NCBI GenBank assembly: GCA_964016885.1
Contig: OZ024744.1
Span: 127,038,001-127,102,000 of the forward strand
Source of the DNA: Eledone cirrhosa
Taxonomy: Eukaryota
Length of the DNA: 64,000 nucleotides
Direction of reading: 5' to 3'
Numbering within the stretch: the first letter of the stretch is position 1; each line of letters begins with the position of its first letter. The translations under genes were made by a program, and so were the position numbers. Under the pieces are notes generated by a model. The model made no database searches, was not told the origin of the DNA, and saw only the letters and a list, made by a program, of their open reading frames with translations. Shown piece after piece: positions 48,801-61,500 of the stretch.

Positions 48801-51300
48801 TTGGGGTTAAGTTAAGTTGGGGTTAAGTTAAGTTGGGGTTAAATTAAGTTGGGGTTAAGTTAAGTTGGGGTTATGTTAAGTTGGGGTTAAGTTAAGTTGC
48901 GGTTAAGTTAAGTTGGGGTTAAGTTAAGTTGGGGTTAAGTTAAGTTGGGGTTAAGTTAAGTTGGAGTTAAGTTAAGTTGGGGTTAACTTAAGTTGGGGTT
49001 AAGTTGGGGTTAAGTTAAGTTGGGGTTAAGTTAAGTTGGGGGTTAGTTAAGTTGGGGGCAAGTTAAGTTGGGGTTAATTTAAGTTGGGGTTAAGTTAAGT
49101 TGGGGTTATGCTAAGTTGGGGTTAAGTTAAGTTGGGGTTAAGTTAAGTTGGGGGTAAGTTAAGTTGGGGTTAAGTTAAGTTGGGGGTAAGTTAAGTTGGG
49201 GGTAAGTTAAGTTGAGGGTAAGTTAAGTTGGGGTTAAGTTAAGTTGGGGTTAAATTGAGTTGGGGGTAAGTTAAGTTGGGGGTAAGTTAAGTTGGGGTTA
49301 AGTTAAGTTGGGGTTAAGTTAAGTTGGGGTTAAGTTAAGGTGGGGGTAAGTTAAGTTGGGGTTAAGTTAATTTGCGGTTAAGTTAGGTTGTGGGTTAAGT
49401 TAAGTTGGGGTTAAGTTAAGCTGGGGTTAAGTTGGGGTAAGTTAAGTTGGGGTTAAGTTAAGTTGGGGTTAAGTTAAGTTGGGGTTAATTTAAGTTGGGG
49501 GTAAGTTAAGTTGGGGTTAAGTTAAGTTGGGGTTAAGTTAAGTTGGGGTTAAGTTAAGTTGGGGGTAAGATAAGTTGGGGCTAAGTTAAGTTGGGGCTAA
49601 GTCAAGTTGGGGTTAAGTCAAGTTGAGGTTAACTTAAGTTGGGGTTAAGTTAAGTTGGGGTTAAGTTAAGTTGGGGTTAAGGTAAGTTGGGGTTAAGTTA
49701 AGTTGGGGCTAAGTTAAGTTGGGGCTAAGTTAAGTTGGGGCTGAGTTAAGTTGGGGTTAAGTTGGGGTTGAGTTAATTTGGGGTTAAGTTAAGTTGGGAT
49801 TAAGTTAAGTTGGGGTTAAGTTAAGTTCGGGTTGAGTTAAGTTGGGGTTAAGTTAAGTTGGGGTTAATTTAAGTTGGGGTTAAGTTAAGTTGGGGTTAAG
49901 ATAAGTTGGGGTTAAGTTAAGTTGGGGTTAAGTTAAGTTGGGGTTGAGTTAATTTGGGGTTAAGTTAAGTTGGGGTTAACTTAAGTTTGGGTTAAGTTAA
50001 GTTGGGGTTAAATTAAGTTGGGGGTAAGTTAAGTTGGGTGCAAGTTGAGTTGGGGTTAAGTTAAGTTGGGGTTAAGTTAAGGTGGGGGTAAGTTAAGTTG
50101 GGGGTAAGTTAAGTTGGGGTTAAGTTAAGTTGGGGTTAAGTTAAGTTGGGTTTAAGTTAAGTTGGGGCTAAGTTAAGTTGGGGCTAAGTTAAGTTGGGGC
50201 TGAGTTAAGTTGGGGTTAAATTAAGTTGGGGGTAAGTTAAGTTGGGGGTAAGTTAAGTTGGGGTTAAGTTAAGTTGGGGTTAAATTAAGTTGAGGTTAAG
50301 TTAAGTTGGGGTTAAGTTAAATTGGGGTTAATTTAAGTTGGGGGTAAGATAAGTTGGGGCTAAGTTAAGTTGGGGCTAAGTCAAGTTGGGGTTAAGTCAA
50401 GTTGAGGTTAACTTAAGTTGGGGTTATGTTAAGTTGGGGTTAAGTTGGGGTTAAGTTGGGGCTAAGTTAAGTTGGGGCTGAGTTAAGTTGGGGTTAAGTT
50501 AAGTTGGGGTTGAGTTAAGTTGGGGTTAAGTTAAGTTGGGATTAAGTTAAGTTGGGGTTAAGTTAAGTTCGGCTTGAGTTAAGTTGGGGTTAAGTTAAGT
50601 TGGGGTTAATTTAAGTTGGGGTTAATTTAAGTTGGGGTTAAGTTAAGTTGGGTTTAAGATAAGTTGGGGTTAAGTAAAGTTGGGGTTAAGTTAAGTTGGG
50701 GTTGAGTTAATTTGGGGTTAAGTTAAGTTGGGGTTAACTTAAGTTGGGGTTAACTTAAGTTGGGGTTAAGTTGGGGTTAAGTTAAGTTGGGGTTAAGTTA
50801 AGTTGGGGGTAGGTTAAGTTGGGGGCAAGTTAAGTTGGGGTTAAGTTAAGTTGGGGGTAAGTTAAGTTGGGGTTAAGTTAAGTTGGGGTTAAGTTATGTT
50901 GGGTTTAAGTTAAGTTGGGGCTAAGTTAAGTTGGGGCTAAGTTAAGTTGGGGCTGTGTTAAGTTGGGGTTAAGTTAAGTTGGGGTTGAGTTAAGTTGGGG
51001 TTATGTTAAGTTAGGGTTGAGTTAAGTTGGGGTTGAGTTAAGTTGGGGTTGAGTTAAGTAGGGGTTAAGTTAAGTTGGCGTTAATTTAAGTTGGGGTTAA
51101 GTTAAGTTGGGGTCAAGTTAATTTGCGGTTAAGTTAGGTTGTGGGTTAAGTTAATTTGGGGTTAAGTTAAGCTGGGGTTAAGTTGGGGTAAGTTAAGTTG
51201 GGGGTAAATTAAGTTGGGGTTAAGTTAAGTTGGGGTTAAGTTAAGTTGGGGTTGAGTTAAGTTGGGGTTGAGTTAAGTTGGGGTTGAGTTAAGTTGGGGT
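36820..51300 (+). repeat. About 4.4-kb higher-order repeat domain containing an about 6.7-kb tandem duplication
   Basis: TTATGCTAAG C at 37947, 42397, 44698 and 49111. GGGTGCAAGTTGAG at 38891, 45610 and 50039. TAAGTCGGGTGT at 40967 and 47686. AAGTTATGTTGGGTTT at 39738, 46457 and 50897. Confidence 0.85.
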
Positions 51301-51359
51301 TGAGTTAAGTTGGGGTTAAGTTAAGTTGGGGTTAAGTTAAGTTGGGGGTAAGTTAAGTT

Positions 51360-52910
51360 GGGGTTAAGTTAAGTTGGGGTTAAGTTAAGTTGGGGTTAAG
51401 TTAAGTTGGGGTTAAGTTAAGTTGGGGGTTAGTTAAGTTGGGGGTTAGTTAAGTTGGGGGCAAGTTAAGTTGGGGTTAATTTAAGTTGGGGTTAAGTTAA
51501 GTTGGGGTTATGTTAAGTTGGGGTTAAGTTAAGTTGGGGGTAAGTTAAGTTGGGCTTAAGTTAAGTTGGGGGTAAGTTAAGTTGAGGGTAAGTTAAGTTG
51601 GGGTTAAGTTAAGTTGGGGTTAAATTAAGTTGGGGGTAAGTTAAGTTGGGGGTAAGTTAAGTTGGGGTTAAGTTAAGTTGGGATTAAGTTAAGTTGGGGT
51701 TAAGTTAAGTTCGGCTTGAGTTAAGTTGGGGTTAAGTTAAGTTGGGGTTAATTTAAGTTGGGGTTAAGTTAAGTTGGGGTTAAGATAAGTTGGGGTTAAG
51801 TTAAGTTGGGGTTAAGTTAAGTTGGGGTTGAGTTAATTTGGGGTTAAGTTAAGTTGGGGTTAACTTAAGTTGGGGTTAAGTTGGGGTTAAGTTAAGTTGG
51901 GGTTAAGTTAAGTTGGGGTTGAGTTAATTTGGGTTTAAGTTAAGTTGGGCTTAACTTAAGTTGGGGTTAAGTTGGGGTTAAGTTAAGTTGGGGTTAAGTT
52001 AAGTTGGGGGTAAGTTAAGTTGGGGGCAAGTTAAGTTGGGGTTAATTTAAGTTGGGGTTAAGTTAAGTTGGGGTTATGTTAAGTTGGGGTTAAGTTAAGT
52101 TGGGGTTAAGTTAAGTTGGGGGTAACTTAAGTTGGGGTTAAGTTAAGTTGGGGTTAAGTTAAGTTGGGGTTAAGTTAAGTTGGGGTTAAGTTAAGTTGGG
52201 GGTTAGTTAAGTTGGGGGTTAGTTAAGTTGGGGGCAAGTTAAGTTGGGGTTAATTTAAGTTGGGGTTAAGTTAAGTTGGGGTTATGTTAAGTTGGGGTTA
52301 AGTTAAGTTGGGGGTAAGTTAAGTTGGGCTTAAGTTAAGTTGGGGGTAAGTTAAGTTGAGGGTAAGTTAAGTTGGGGTTAAGTTAAGTTGGGGTTAAATT
52401 AAGTTGGGGGTAAGTTAAGTTGGGGGTAAGTTAAGTTGGGGTTAAGTTAAGTTGGGATTAAGTTAAGTTGGGGTTAAGTTAAGTTCGGCTTGAGTTAAGT
52501 TGGGGTTAAGTTAAGTTGGGGTTAATTTAAGTTGGGGTTAAGTTAAGTTGGGGTTAAGATAAGTTGGGGTTAAGTTAAGTTGGGGTTAAGTTAAGTTGGG
52601 GTTGAGTTAATTTGGGGTTAAGTTAAGTTGGGGTTAACTTAAGTTGGGGTTAAGTTGGGGTTAAGTTAAGTTGGGGTTAAGTTAAGTTGGGGTTGAGTTA
52701 ATTTGGGTTTAAGTTAAGTTGGGCTTAACTTAAGTTGGGGTTAAGTTGGGGTTAAGTTAAGTTGGGGTTAAGTTAAGTTGGGGGTAAGTTAAGTTGGGGG
52801 CAAGTTAAGTTGGGGTTAATTTAAGTTGGGGTTAAGTTAAGTTGGGGTTATGTTAAGTTGGGGTTAAGTTAAGTTGGGGTTAAGTTAAGTTGGGGGTAAC
52901 TTAAGTTGGG
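51360..52910 (+). repeat. 774-bp direct tandem duplication (2 copies)
   Basis: TGGGCTTAAG C at 51555 and 52329, and GGGCTTAAC C at 51950 and 52724, both with offset 774. Confidence 0.88.
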
Positions 52911-55900
52911 GTTAAGTTAAGTTGAGGGTAAGTTAAGTTGAGGGTAAGTTAAGTTGAGGTTAAGTTAAGTTGGGGTTAAGTTAAGTTGGGGGTAAGTTAA
53001 GTTGGGGGTAAGTTAAGTTGGGGTTAAGTTAAGTTGGGGTTAAATTAAGTTGAGGTTAAGTTAATTTGGGGTTAAGTTAAGTTTGGGTTAAGTTAAGTTT
53101 GGGTTAAGTTAAGTTTGGGTTAAGTTAAGTTGGGGGTTAGTTAAGTTGGGGGCAAGTTAAGTTGGGGTTAATTTAAGTTGGGGTTAAGTTAAGTTGGGGT
53201 TATGTTAAGTTGGGGTTAAATTAAGTTGGGGTTAAGTTAAGTTGGGGGTAAGTTAAGTTGGGGTTAAGTTAAGTTGGGGGTAAGTTAAGTTGAGGGTAAG
53301 TTAAGTTGGGGTTAAGTTAAGTTGGGGTTAAATTAAGTTGGGGGTAAGTTAAGTTGGGGGTAAGTTAAGTTGGGGTTAAGTTAAGTTGGGGTTAAGTTAA
53401 ATTGGGGTTAATTTAAGTTGGGGGTAAGATAAGTTGGGGCTAAGTTAAGTTGGGGCTAAGTCAAGTTGGGGTTAAGTCAAGTTGAGGTTAACTTAAGTTG
53501 GGGTTATGTTAAGTTGGGGTTAAGTTGGGGCTAAGTTAAGTTGGGGCTGAGTTAAGTTGGGGTTAAGTTAAGTTGGGGTTGAGTTAAGTTGGGGTTAAGT
53601 TAAGTTGGGATTAAGTTAAGTTGGGGTTAAGTTAAGTTCGGCTTGAGTTAAGTTGGGGTTAAGTTAAGTTGGGGTTAATTTAAGTTGGGGTTAAGTTAAG
53701 TTGGGGTTAAGATAAGTTGGGGTTAAGTTAAGTTGGGGTTAAGTTAAGTTGGGGTTGAGTTAATTTGGGGTTAAGTTAAGTTGGGGTAACTTAAGTTGGG
53801 GTTAACTTAAGTTGGGGTTAAGTTGGGGTTAAGTTAAGTTGGGGTTAAGTTAAGTTGGGGGTAGGTTAAGTTGGGGGCAAGTTAAGTTGGGGTTAAGTTA
53901 AGTTGGGGTTAAGTTAAGTTGGGGGTAAGTTAAGTTGGGGTTAAGTTAAGTTGGGGTTAAGTTAAGTTGGGTTTAAGTTAAGTTGGGGCTAAGTTAAGTT
54001 GGGGCTAAGTTAAGTTGGGGCTGAGTTAAGTTGGGGTTAAGTTAAGTTGGGGTTGAGTTAAGTTGGGGTTATGTTAAGTTAGGGTTGAGTTAAGTTGGGG
54101 TTGAGTTAAGTTGGGGTTAAGTTAAGTTGGGGTCAAGTTAATTTGCGGTTAAGTTAGGTTGTGGGTTAAGTTAATTTGGGGTTCAGTTAAGCTGGGGTTA
54201 AGTTGGGGTAAGTTAAGTTGGGGGTAAATTAAGTTGGGGTTAAGTTAAGTTGGGGTTAAGTTAAGTTGGGGTTGAGTTAAGTTGGGGTTGAGTTAAGTTG
54301 GGGTTGAGTTAAGTTGGGGTTGAGTTAAGTTGGGGTTAAGTTAAGTTGGGGTTAAGTTAAGTTGGGGGTAAGTTAAGTTGGGGTTAAGTTAAGTTGGGGT
54401 TAAGTTAATTGGGGTTAAGTTAAGTTGGGGTTAAGTTAAGTTGGGGTTAAATTAAGTTGGGGGTTAGTTAAGTTGGGGGCAAGTTAAGTTGGGGTTAATT
54501 TAAGTTGGGGTTAAGTTAAGTTGGGGTTATGTTAAGTTGGGGTTAAGTTAAGTTGGGGTTAAGTTAAGTTGGGGGTAAGTTAAGTTGGGGTTAAGTTAAG
54601 TTGGGGGTAAGTTAAGTTGAGGGTAAGTTAAGTTGGGGTTAAGTTAAGTTGGGGTTAAATTAAGTTGGGGGTAAGTTAAGTTGGGGGTAAGTTAAGTTGG
54701 GGTTAAGTTAAGTTGGGGTTAAATTAAGTTGAGGTTAAGTTAAGTTGGGGTTAAGTCAAGTTGAGGTTAACTTAAGTTGGGGTTATGTTAAGTTGGGGTT
54801 AAGTTGGGGCTAAGTTAAGTTGGGGCTGAGTTAAGTTGGGGTTAAGTTAAGTTGGGGTTGAGTTAAGTTGGGGTTAAGTTAAGTTGGGATTAAGTTAAGT
54901 TGGGGTTAAGTTAAGTTCGGCTTGAGTTAAGTTGGGGTTAAGTTAAGTTGGGGTTAATTTAAGTTGGGGTTAAGTTAAGTTGGGGTTAAGATAAGTTGGG
55001 GTTAAGTTAAGTTGGGGTTAATTTAAGTTGGGGTTGAGTTAATTTGGGGTTAAGTTAAGTTGGGGTTAACTTAAGTTGGGGTTAAGTTGGGGTTAAGTTA
55101 AGTTGGGGTTAAGTTAAGTTGGGGTTGAGTTAATTTGGGTTTAAGTTAAGTTGGGCTTAACTTAAGTTGGGGTTAAGTTGGGGTTAAGTTAAGTTGGGGT
55201 TAAGTTAAGTTGGGGGTAAGTTAAGTTGGGGGCAAGTTAAGTTGGGGTTAATTTAAGTTGGGGTTAAGTTAAGTTGGGGTTATGTTAAGTTGGGGTTAAG
55301 TTAAGTTGGGGTTAAGTTAAGTTGGGGGTAACTTAAGTTGGGGTTAAGTTAAGTTGAGGGTAAGTTAAGTTGAGGGTAAGTTAAGTTGAGGTTAAGTTAA
55401 GTTGGGGTTAAGTTAAGTTGGGTGTAAGTTAAGTTGGGGGTAAGTTAAGTTGGGGTTAAGTTAAGTTGGGGTTAAATTAAGTTGAGGTTAAGTTAATTTG
55501 TTGTTAAGTTAAGTTTGGGTTAAGTTAAGTTGCGGTTAAGTTAAGTTGGGGTTAAGTTAAGTTGGGGGTTAGTTAAGTTGGGGGCAAGTTAAGTTGGGGT
55601 TAATTTAAGTTGGGGTTAAGTTAAGTTGGGGTTATGTTAAGTTGGGGTTAAATTAAGTTGGGGTTAAGTTAAGTTGGGGGGTACGTTAAGTTGGGGTTAA
55701 GTTAAGTTGGGGGTAAGTTAAGTTGAGGGTAAGTTAAGTTGGGGTTAAGTTAAGTTGGGGTTAAATTAAGTTGGGGGTAAGTTAAGTTGGGGGTAAGTTA
55801 AGTTGGGGTTAAGTTAAGTTGGGGTTAAGTTAAATTGGGGTTAATTTAAGTTGGGGGTAAGATAAGTTGGGGCTAAGTTAAGTTGGGGCTAAGTCAAGTT

Positions 55901-58500
55901 GGGGTTAAGTCAAGTTGAGGTTAACTTAAGTTGGGGTTATGTTAAGTTGGGGTTAAGTTGGGGCTAAGTTAAGTTGGGGCTGAGTTAAGTTGGGGTTAAG
56001 TTAAGTTGGGGTTGAGTTAAGTTGGGGTTAAGTTAAGTTGGGATTAAGTTAAGTTGGGGTTAAGTTAAGTTCGGCTTGAGTTAAGTTGGGGTTAAGTTAA
56101 GTTGGGGTTAATTTAAGTTGGGGTTAAGTTAAGTTGGGGTTAAGATAAGTTGGGGTTAAGTTAAGTTGGGGTTAAGTTAAGTTGGGGTTGAGTTAATTTG
56201 GGGTTAAGTTAAGTTGGGGTTAACTTAAGTTGGGGTTAACTTAAGTTGGGGTTAAGTTGGGGTTAAGTTAAGTTGGGGTTAAGTTAAGTTGGGGGTAGGT
56301 TAAGTTGGGGGCAAGTTAAGTTGGGGTTAAGTTAAGTTGGGGTTAAGTTAAGTTGGGGGTTAGTTAAGTTGGGGGCAAGTTAAGTTGGGGTTAAGTTAAG
56401 TTGGGTTTAAGTTAAGTTGGGGCTAAGTTAAGTTGGGGCTAAGTTAAGTTGGGGCTGAGTTAAGTTGGGGTTAAGTTAAGTTGGGGTTGAGTTAAGTTGG
56501 GGTTATGTTAAGTTAGGGTTGAGTTAAGTTGGGGTTGAGTTAAGTTGGGGTTGAGTTAAGTAGGGGTTAAGTTAAGTTGGCGTTAATTTAAGTTGGGGTT
56601 AAGTTAAGTTGGGGTCAAGTTAATTTACGGTTAAGTTAGGTTGTGGGTTAAGTTAATTTGGGGTTCAGTTAAGCTGGGGTTAAGTTGGGGTAAGTTAAGT
56701 TGGGGGTAAATTAAGTTGGGGTTAAGTTAAGTTGGGGTTAAGTTAAGTTGGGGTTGAGTTAAGTTGGGGTTGAGTTAAGTTGGGGTTGAGTTAAGTTGGG
56801 GTTGAGTTAAGTTGGGGTTAAGTTAAGTTGGGGTTAAGTTAAGTTGGGGGTAAGTTAAGTTGGGGTTAAGTTAAGTTGGGGTTAAGTTAATTGGGGTTAA
56901 GTTAAGTTGGGGTTAATTTAAGTTGGGGTTAAGTTAAGTTGGGGGTTAGTTAAGTTGGGGGCAAGTTAAGTTGGGGTTAATTTAAGTTGGGGTTAAGTTA
57001 AGTTGGGGTTATGTTAAGTTGGGGTTAAGTTAAGTTGGGGTTAAGTTAAGTTGGGGGTAAGTTAAGTTGGGGTTAAGTTAAGTTGGGGGTAAGTTAAGTT
57101 GAGGGTAAGTTAAGTTGGGGTTAAGTTAAGTTGGGGTTAAATTAAGTTGGGGGTAAGTTAAGTTGGGGGTAAGTTAAGTTGGGGTTAAGTTAAGTTGGGG
57201 TTAAATTAAGTTGAGGTTAAGTTAAGTTGGGGTTAAGTCAAGTTGAGGTTAACTTAAGTTGGGGTTATGTTAAGTTGGGGTTAAGTTGGGGCTAAGTTAA
57301 GTTGGGGCTGAGTTAAGTTGGGGTTAAGTTAAGTTGGGGTTGAGTTAAGTTGGGGTTAAGTTAAGTTGGGATTAAGTTAAGTTGGGGTTAAGTTAAGTTC
57401 GGCTTGAGTTAAGTTGGGGTTAAGTTAAGTTGGGGTTAATTTAAGTTGGGGTTAAGTTAAGTTGGGGTTAAGATAAGTTGGGGTTAAGTTAAGTTGGGGT
57501 TAAGTTAAGTTGGGGTTGAGTTAATTTGGGGTTAAGTTAAGTTGGGGTTAACTTAAGTTGGGGTTAAGTTGGGGTTAAGTTAAGTTGGGGTTAAGTTAAG
57601 TTGGGGTTGAGTTAATTTGGGTTTAAGTTAAGTTGGGCTTAACTTAAGTTGGGGTTAAGTTGGGGTTAAGTTAAGTTGGGGTTAAGTTAAGTTGGGGGTA
57701 AGTTAAGTTGGGGGCAAGTTAAGTTGGGGTTAAGTTAAGTTGGGGGTAAGTTAAGTTGGGGGTAAGTTAAGTTGGGGTTAAGTTAAGTTGGGGTTAAATT
57801 AAGTTGAGGTTAAGTTAATTTGGGGTTAAGTTAAGTTGGGGTTAAGTTAAGTTGGGGTTAAGTTAAGTTGGGGTTAAGTTAAGTTGGGGGTCAGTTAAGT
57901 TGGGGGCAAGTTAAGTTGGGGTTAATTTAAGTTGGGGTTAAGTTAAGTTGGGGTTATGTTAAGTTGGGGTTAAATTAAGTTGGGGTTAAGTTAAGTTGGG
58001 GGTAAGTTAAGTTGGGGTTAAGTTAAGTTGGGGGTAAGTTAAGTTGAGGGTAAGTTAAGTTGGGGTTAAGTTAAGTTGGGGTTAAATTAAGTTGGGGGTA
58101 AGTTAAGTTGGGGGTAAGTTAAGTTGGGGTTAAGTTAAGTTGGGGTTAAGTTAAATTGGGGTTAATTTAAGTTGGGGGTAAGATAAGTTGGGGCTAAGTT
58201 AAGTTGGGGCTAAGTCAAGTTGGGGTTAAGTCAAGTTGAGGTTAACTTAAGTTGGGGTTAAGTTAAGTTGGGGTTGAGTTAAGTTGGGATTAAGTTAAGT
58301 TGGGATTAAGTTAAGTTGGGGTTAAGTTAAGTTCGGCTTGAGTTAAGTTGGGGTTAAGTTAAGTTGGGGTTAATTTAAGTTGGGGTTAAGTTAAGTTGGG
58401 GTTAAGATAAGTTGGGGTTAAGTTAAGTTGGGGTTAAGTTAAGTTGGGGTTGAGTTAATTTGGGGTTAAGTTAAGTTGGGGTAACTTAAGTTGGGGTTAA
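52400..58500 (+). repeat. Second cluster of the about 2.45-kb higher-order repeat
   Basis: GGGCTTAAC marker at 52724, 55156 and 57638 (spacing 2432, 2482). Confidence 0.8.
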
Positions 58501-61500
58501 GTTAAGTTGGGGTTAAGTTAAATTGGGGTTAATTTAAGTTGGGGGTAAGATAAGTTGGGGCTAAGTTAAGTTGGGGCTAAGTCAAGTTGGGGTTAAGTCA
58601 AGTTGAGGTTAACTTAAGTTGGGGTTATGTTAAGTTGGGGTTAAGTTGGGGCTAAGTTAAGTTGGGGCTGAGTTAAGTTGGGGTTAAGTTAAGTTGGGGT
58701 TGAGTTAAGTTGGGGTTAAGTTAAGTTGGGATTAAGTTAAGTTGGGGTTAAGTTAAGTTCGGCTTGAGTTAAGTTGGGGTTAAGTTAAGTTGGGGTTAAT
58801 TTAAGTTGGGGTTAAGTTAAGTTGGGGTTAAGATAAGTTGGGGTTAAGTTAAGTTGGGGTTAAGTTAAGTTGGGGTTGAGTTAATTTGGGGTTAAGTTAA
58901 GTTGGGGTTAACTTAAGTTGGGGTTAAGTTGGGGTTAAGTTAAGTTGGGGTTAAGTTAAGTTGGGGGTAGGTTAAGTTGGGGGCAAGTTAAGTTGGGGTT
59001 AAGTTAAGTTGGGGTTAAGTTAAGTTGGGTTTAAGTTAAGTTGGGGCTAAGTTAAGTTGGGGCTAAGTTAAGTTGGGCTGAGTTAAGTTGGGGTTGAGTT
59101 AAGTTGGGGTTATGTTAAGTTAGGGTTGAGTTAAGTTGGGGTTGAGTTAAGTTGGCGTTGAGTTAAGTTGGGGTTAAGTTAAGTTGGCGTTAAGTTAAGT
59201 TGGGGTTAAGTTAAGTTGGGGTTAAGTTAATTTGCGGTTAGTTAGGTTGTGGGTTAAGTTAAGTTGGGGTTAAGTTAAGCTGGGGTTAAGTTGGGGTAAG
59301 TTAAGTTGGGGGTAAGTTAAGTTGGGGTTAAGTTAAGTTGGGGTTAAGTTAAGTTGGGGTTGAGTTAAGTTGGGGTTGAGTTAAGTTGGGGTTGAGTTAA
59401 GTTGGGGTTAACTTAAGTTGGGGTTAAGTTAAGTTGGGGTTAAGTTAAGGTGGGGGTAAGTTAAGTTGGGGTTAAGTTAATTTGCGGTTAAGTTAGGTTG
59501 TGGGTTAAGTTAAGTTGGGGTTAAGTTAAGCTGGGGTTAAGTTGGGGTAAGTTAAGTTGGGGTTAAGTTAAGTTGGGGTTAAGTTAAGTTGGGGTTAAGT
59601 TAAGTTGGGGGTAAGTTAAGTTGGGGTTAAGTTAAGTTGGGGTTAAGTTAAGTTGGGGTTAAGTTAAGTTGGGGTTAAGTTAAGTTAGGGTTAATTTCAG
59701 TTGGGGTTATGTTAAGTTGGGGTTAAGTTAAGTTGGGGTTAAGTTAAAGTTGGGGTTAAGTTAAGTTGGGGTTCAGTTAAGTTGGGGTTAAATTAAGTTG
59801 GGGTTAAGTTAAGTTGGGGTTAGTTAAGTTGGGGTTAAGTTAAGCTGGGGTTAAGTTGGGGTAAGTTAAGTTGGGGGTAAGTTAAGTTGGGGTTAAGTTA
59901 AGTTGGGGTTGAGTTAAGTTGGGGTTAAGTTAAGTTAGGGTTAATTTCAGTTGGGGTTAAGTTAAGTTGGGGTTAAGTTAAAGTTGGGGTTAAGTTCAGT
60001 TGGGGTTAATTTCAGTTGGGGTTATGTTAAGTTGGGGTTAAGTTAAGTTGGGGTTAAGTTAAAGTTGGGGTTAAGTTAAGTTGGGGTAAAGTTAAGTTAG
60101 GGTTAAGTTAAGTTGGGGTTAAGTTAAGTTGGGGTTAAATTAAGTTGGGGTTAAGTTAAGTTGGGGTTAAGTTAAGTTGGGGTTAAATTAAGTTGGGGTT
60201 CAGTTAAGTTGGGGTTAAATTAAGTTGGGGTTAAGTTAAGTTGGGGTTAGTTAAGTTGGGGTTAAGTTAAGTTGGGGGTAAGTTAAGTGGGGTGTAAGTT
60301 AAGTTGGGGTTAAGTTAAGTTGGGGTTCAGTTCAGTTGGGGTTATGTTAAGTTGGGGTTAAGTTAAGCTGGGGGTAAGTTAAGTTGGGTGTAAGTTAAGT
60401 TGGGGTTAAGTTAAGTTGGGGTTAAGTTAAGTTGGGGGTTAGTTAAGTTGGGGGCAAGTTAAGTTGGGGTTATGTTAAGTTGGGGTTAAGTTAAGTTGGG
60501 GTTAAGTTAAGTTGGGGGTAAGTTAAGTTGGGGTTAAGTTAAGTTGGGGGTAAGTTAAGTTGAGGGTAAGTTAAGTTGGGGTTCAGTTAAGTTGGGGTTA
60601 AATTAAGTTGGGGGTAAGTTAAGTTGGGGGTAAGTTAAGTTGGGGTTAAGTTAAGTTGGGGTTAAATTAAGTTGAGGTTAAGTTAAGTTGGGGTTAAGTT
60701 AAATTGGGGTTAATTTAAGTTGGGGGTAAGATAAGTTGGGGTTAAGTTAAGTTGGGGTTAAGATAAGTTGGGGTTAAGTTAAGTTGGGGTTAAGTTAAGT
60801 TGGGGTTGAGTTAATTTGGGGTTAAGTTAAGTTGGGGTTAAGTTAAGTTGGGGTTAAGTTGGGGTTAAGTTAAGTTGGGGTTAAGTTAATTTGGGGGTAG
60901 GTTAAGTTGGGGGCAATTTAAGTTGGGGTTAAGTTAAGTTGGGGTTAAGTTAAGTTGGGTTTAAGTTAAGTTGGGGCTAAGTTAAGTTGGGGCTAAGTTA
61001 AGTTGGGGCTGAGTTAAGTTGGGGTTAAGTTAAGTTGGGGTTGAGTTAAGTTGGGGTTGAGTTAAGTTGGGGTTGAGTTAAGTTGGGGTTGAGTTAAGTT
61101 GGGGTTGAGTTAAGTTGGGGTTAAGTTAAGTTGGCGTTAAGTTAAGTTGGGGTTAAGTTAAGTTGGGGTTAAGTTAATTTGCGGTTAAGTTAGGTTGTGG
61201 GTTAAGTTAAGTTGGGGTTAAGTTAAGCTGGGGTTAAGTTGGGGTAAGTTAAGTTGGGGTTAAGTTAAGTTGGGGTTAAGTTAAGTTGGGGTTAAGTTAA
61301 GTTGGGGTTAAGTTAAGTTGGGGTTGAGTTAAGTTGGGGTTGAGTTAAGTTGGGGTTAAGTTAAGTTGGGGTTAAGTTAAGTTGGGGTTAAGTTAAGTTG
61401 GGGGTAAGTTAAGTTGGGGTTAAGTTAATTTGCGGTTAAGTTAGGTTGTGGGTTAAGTTAAGTTGGGGTTAAGTTAAGCTGGGGTTAAGTTGGGGTAAGT

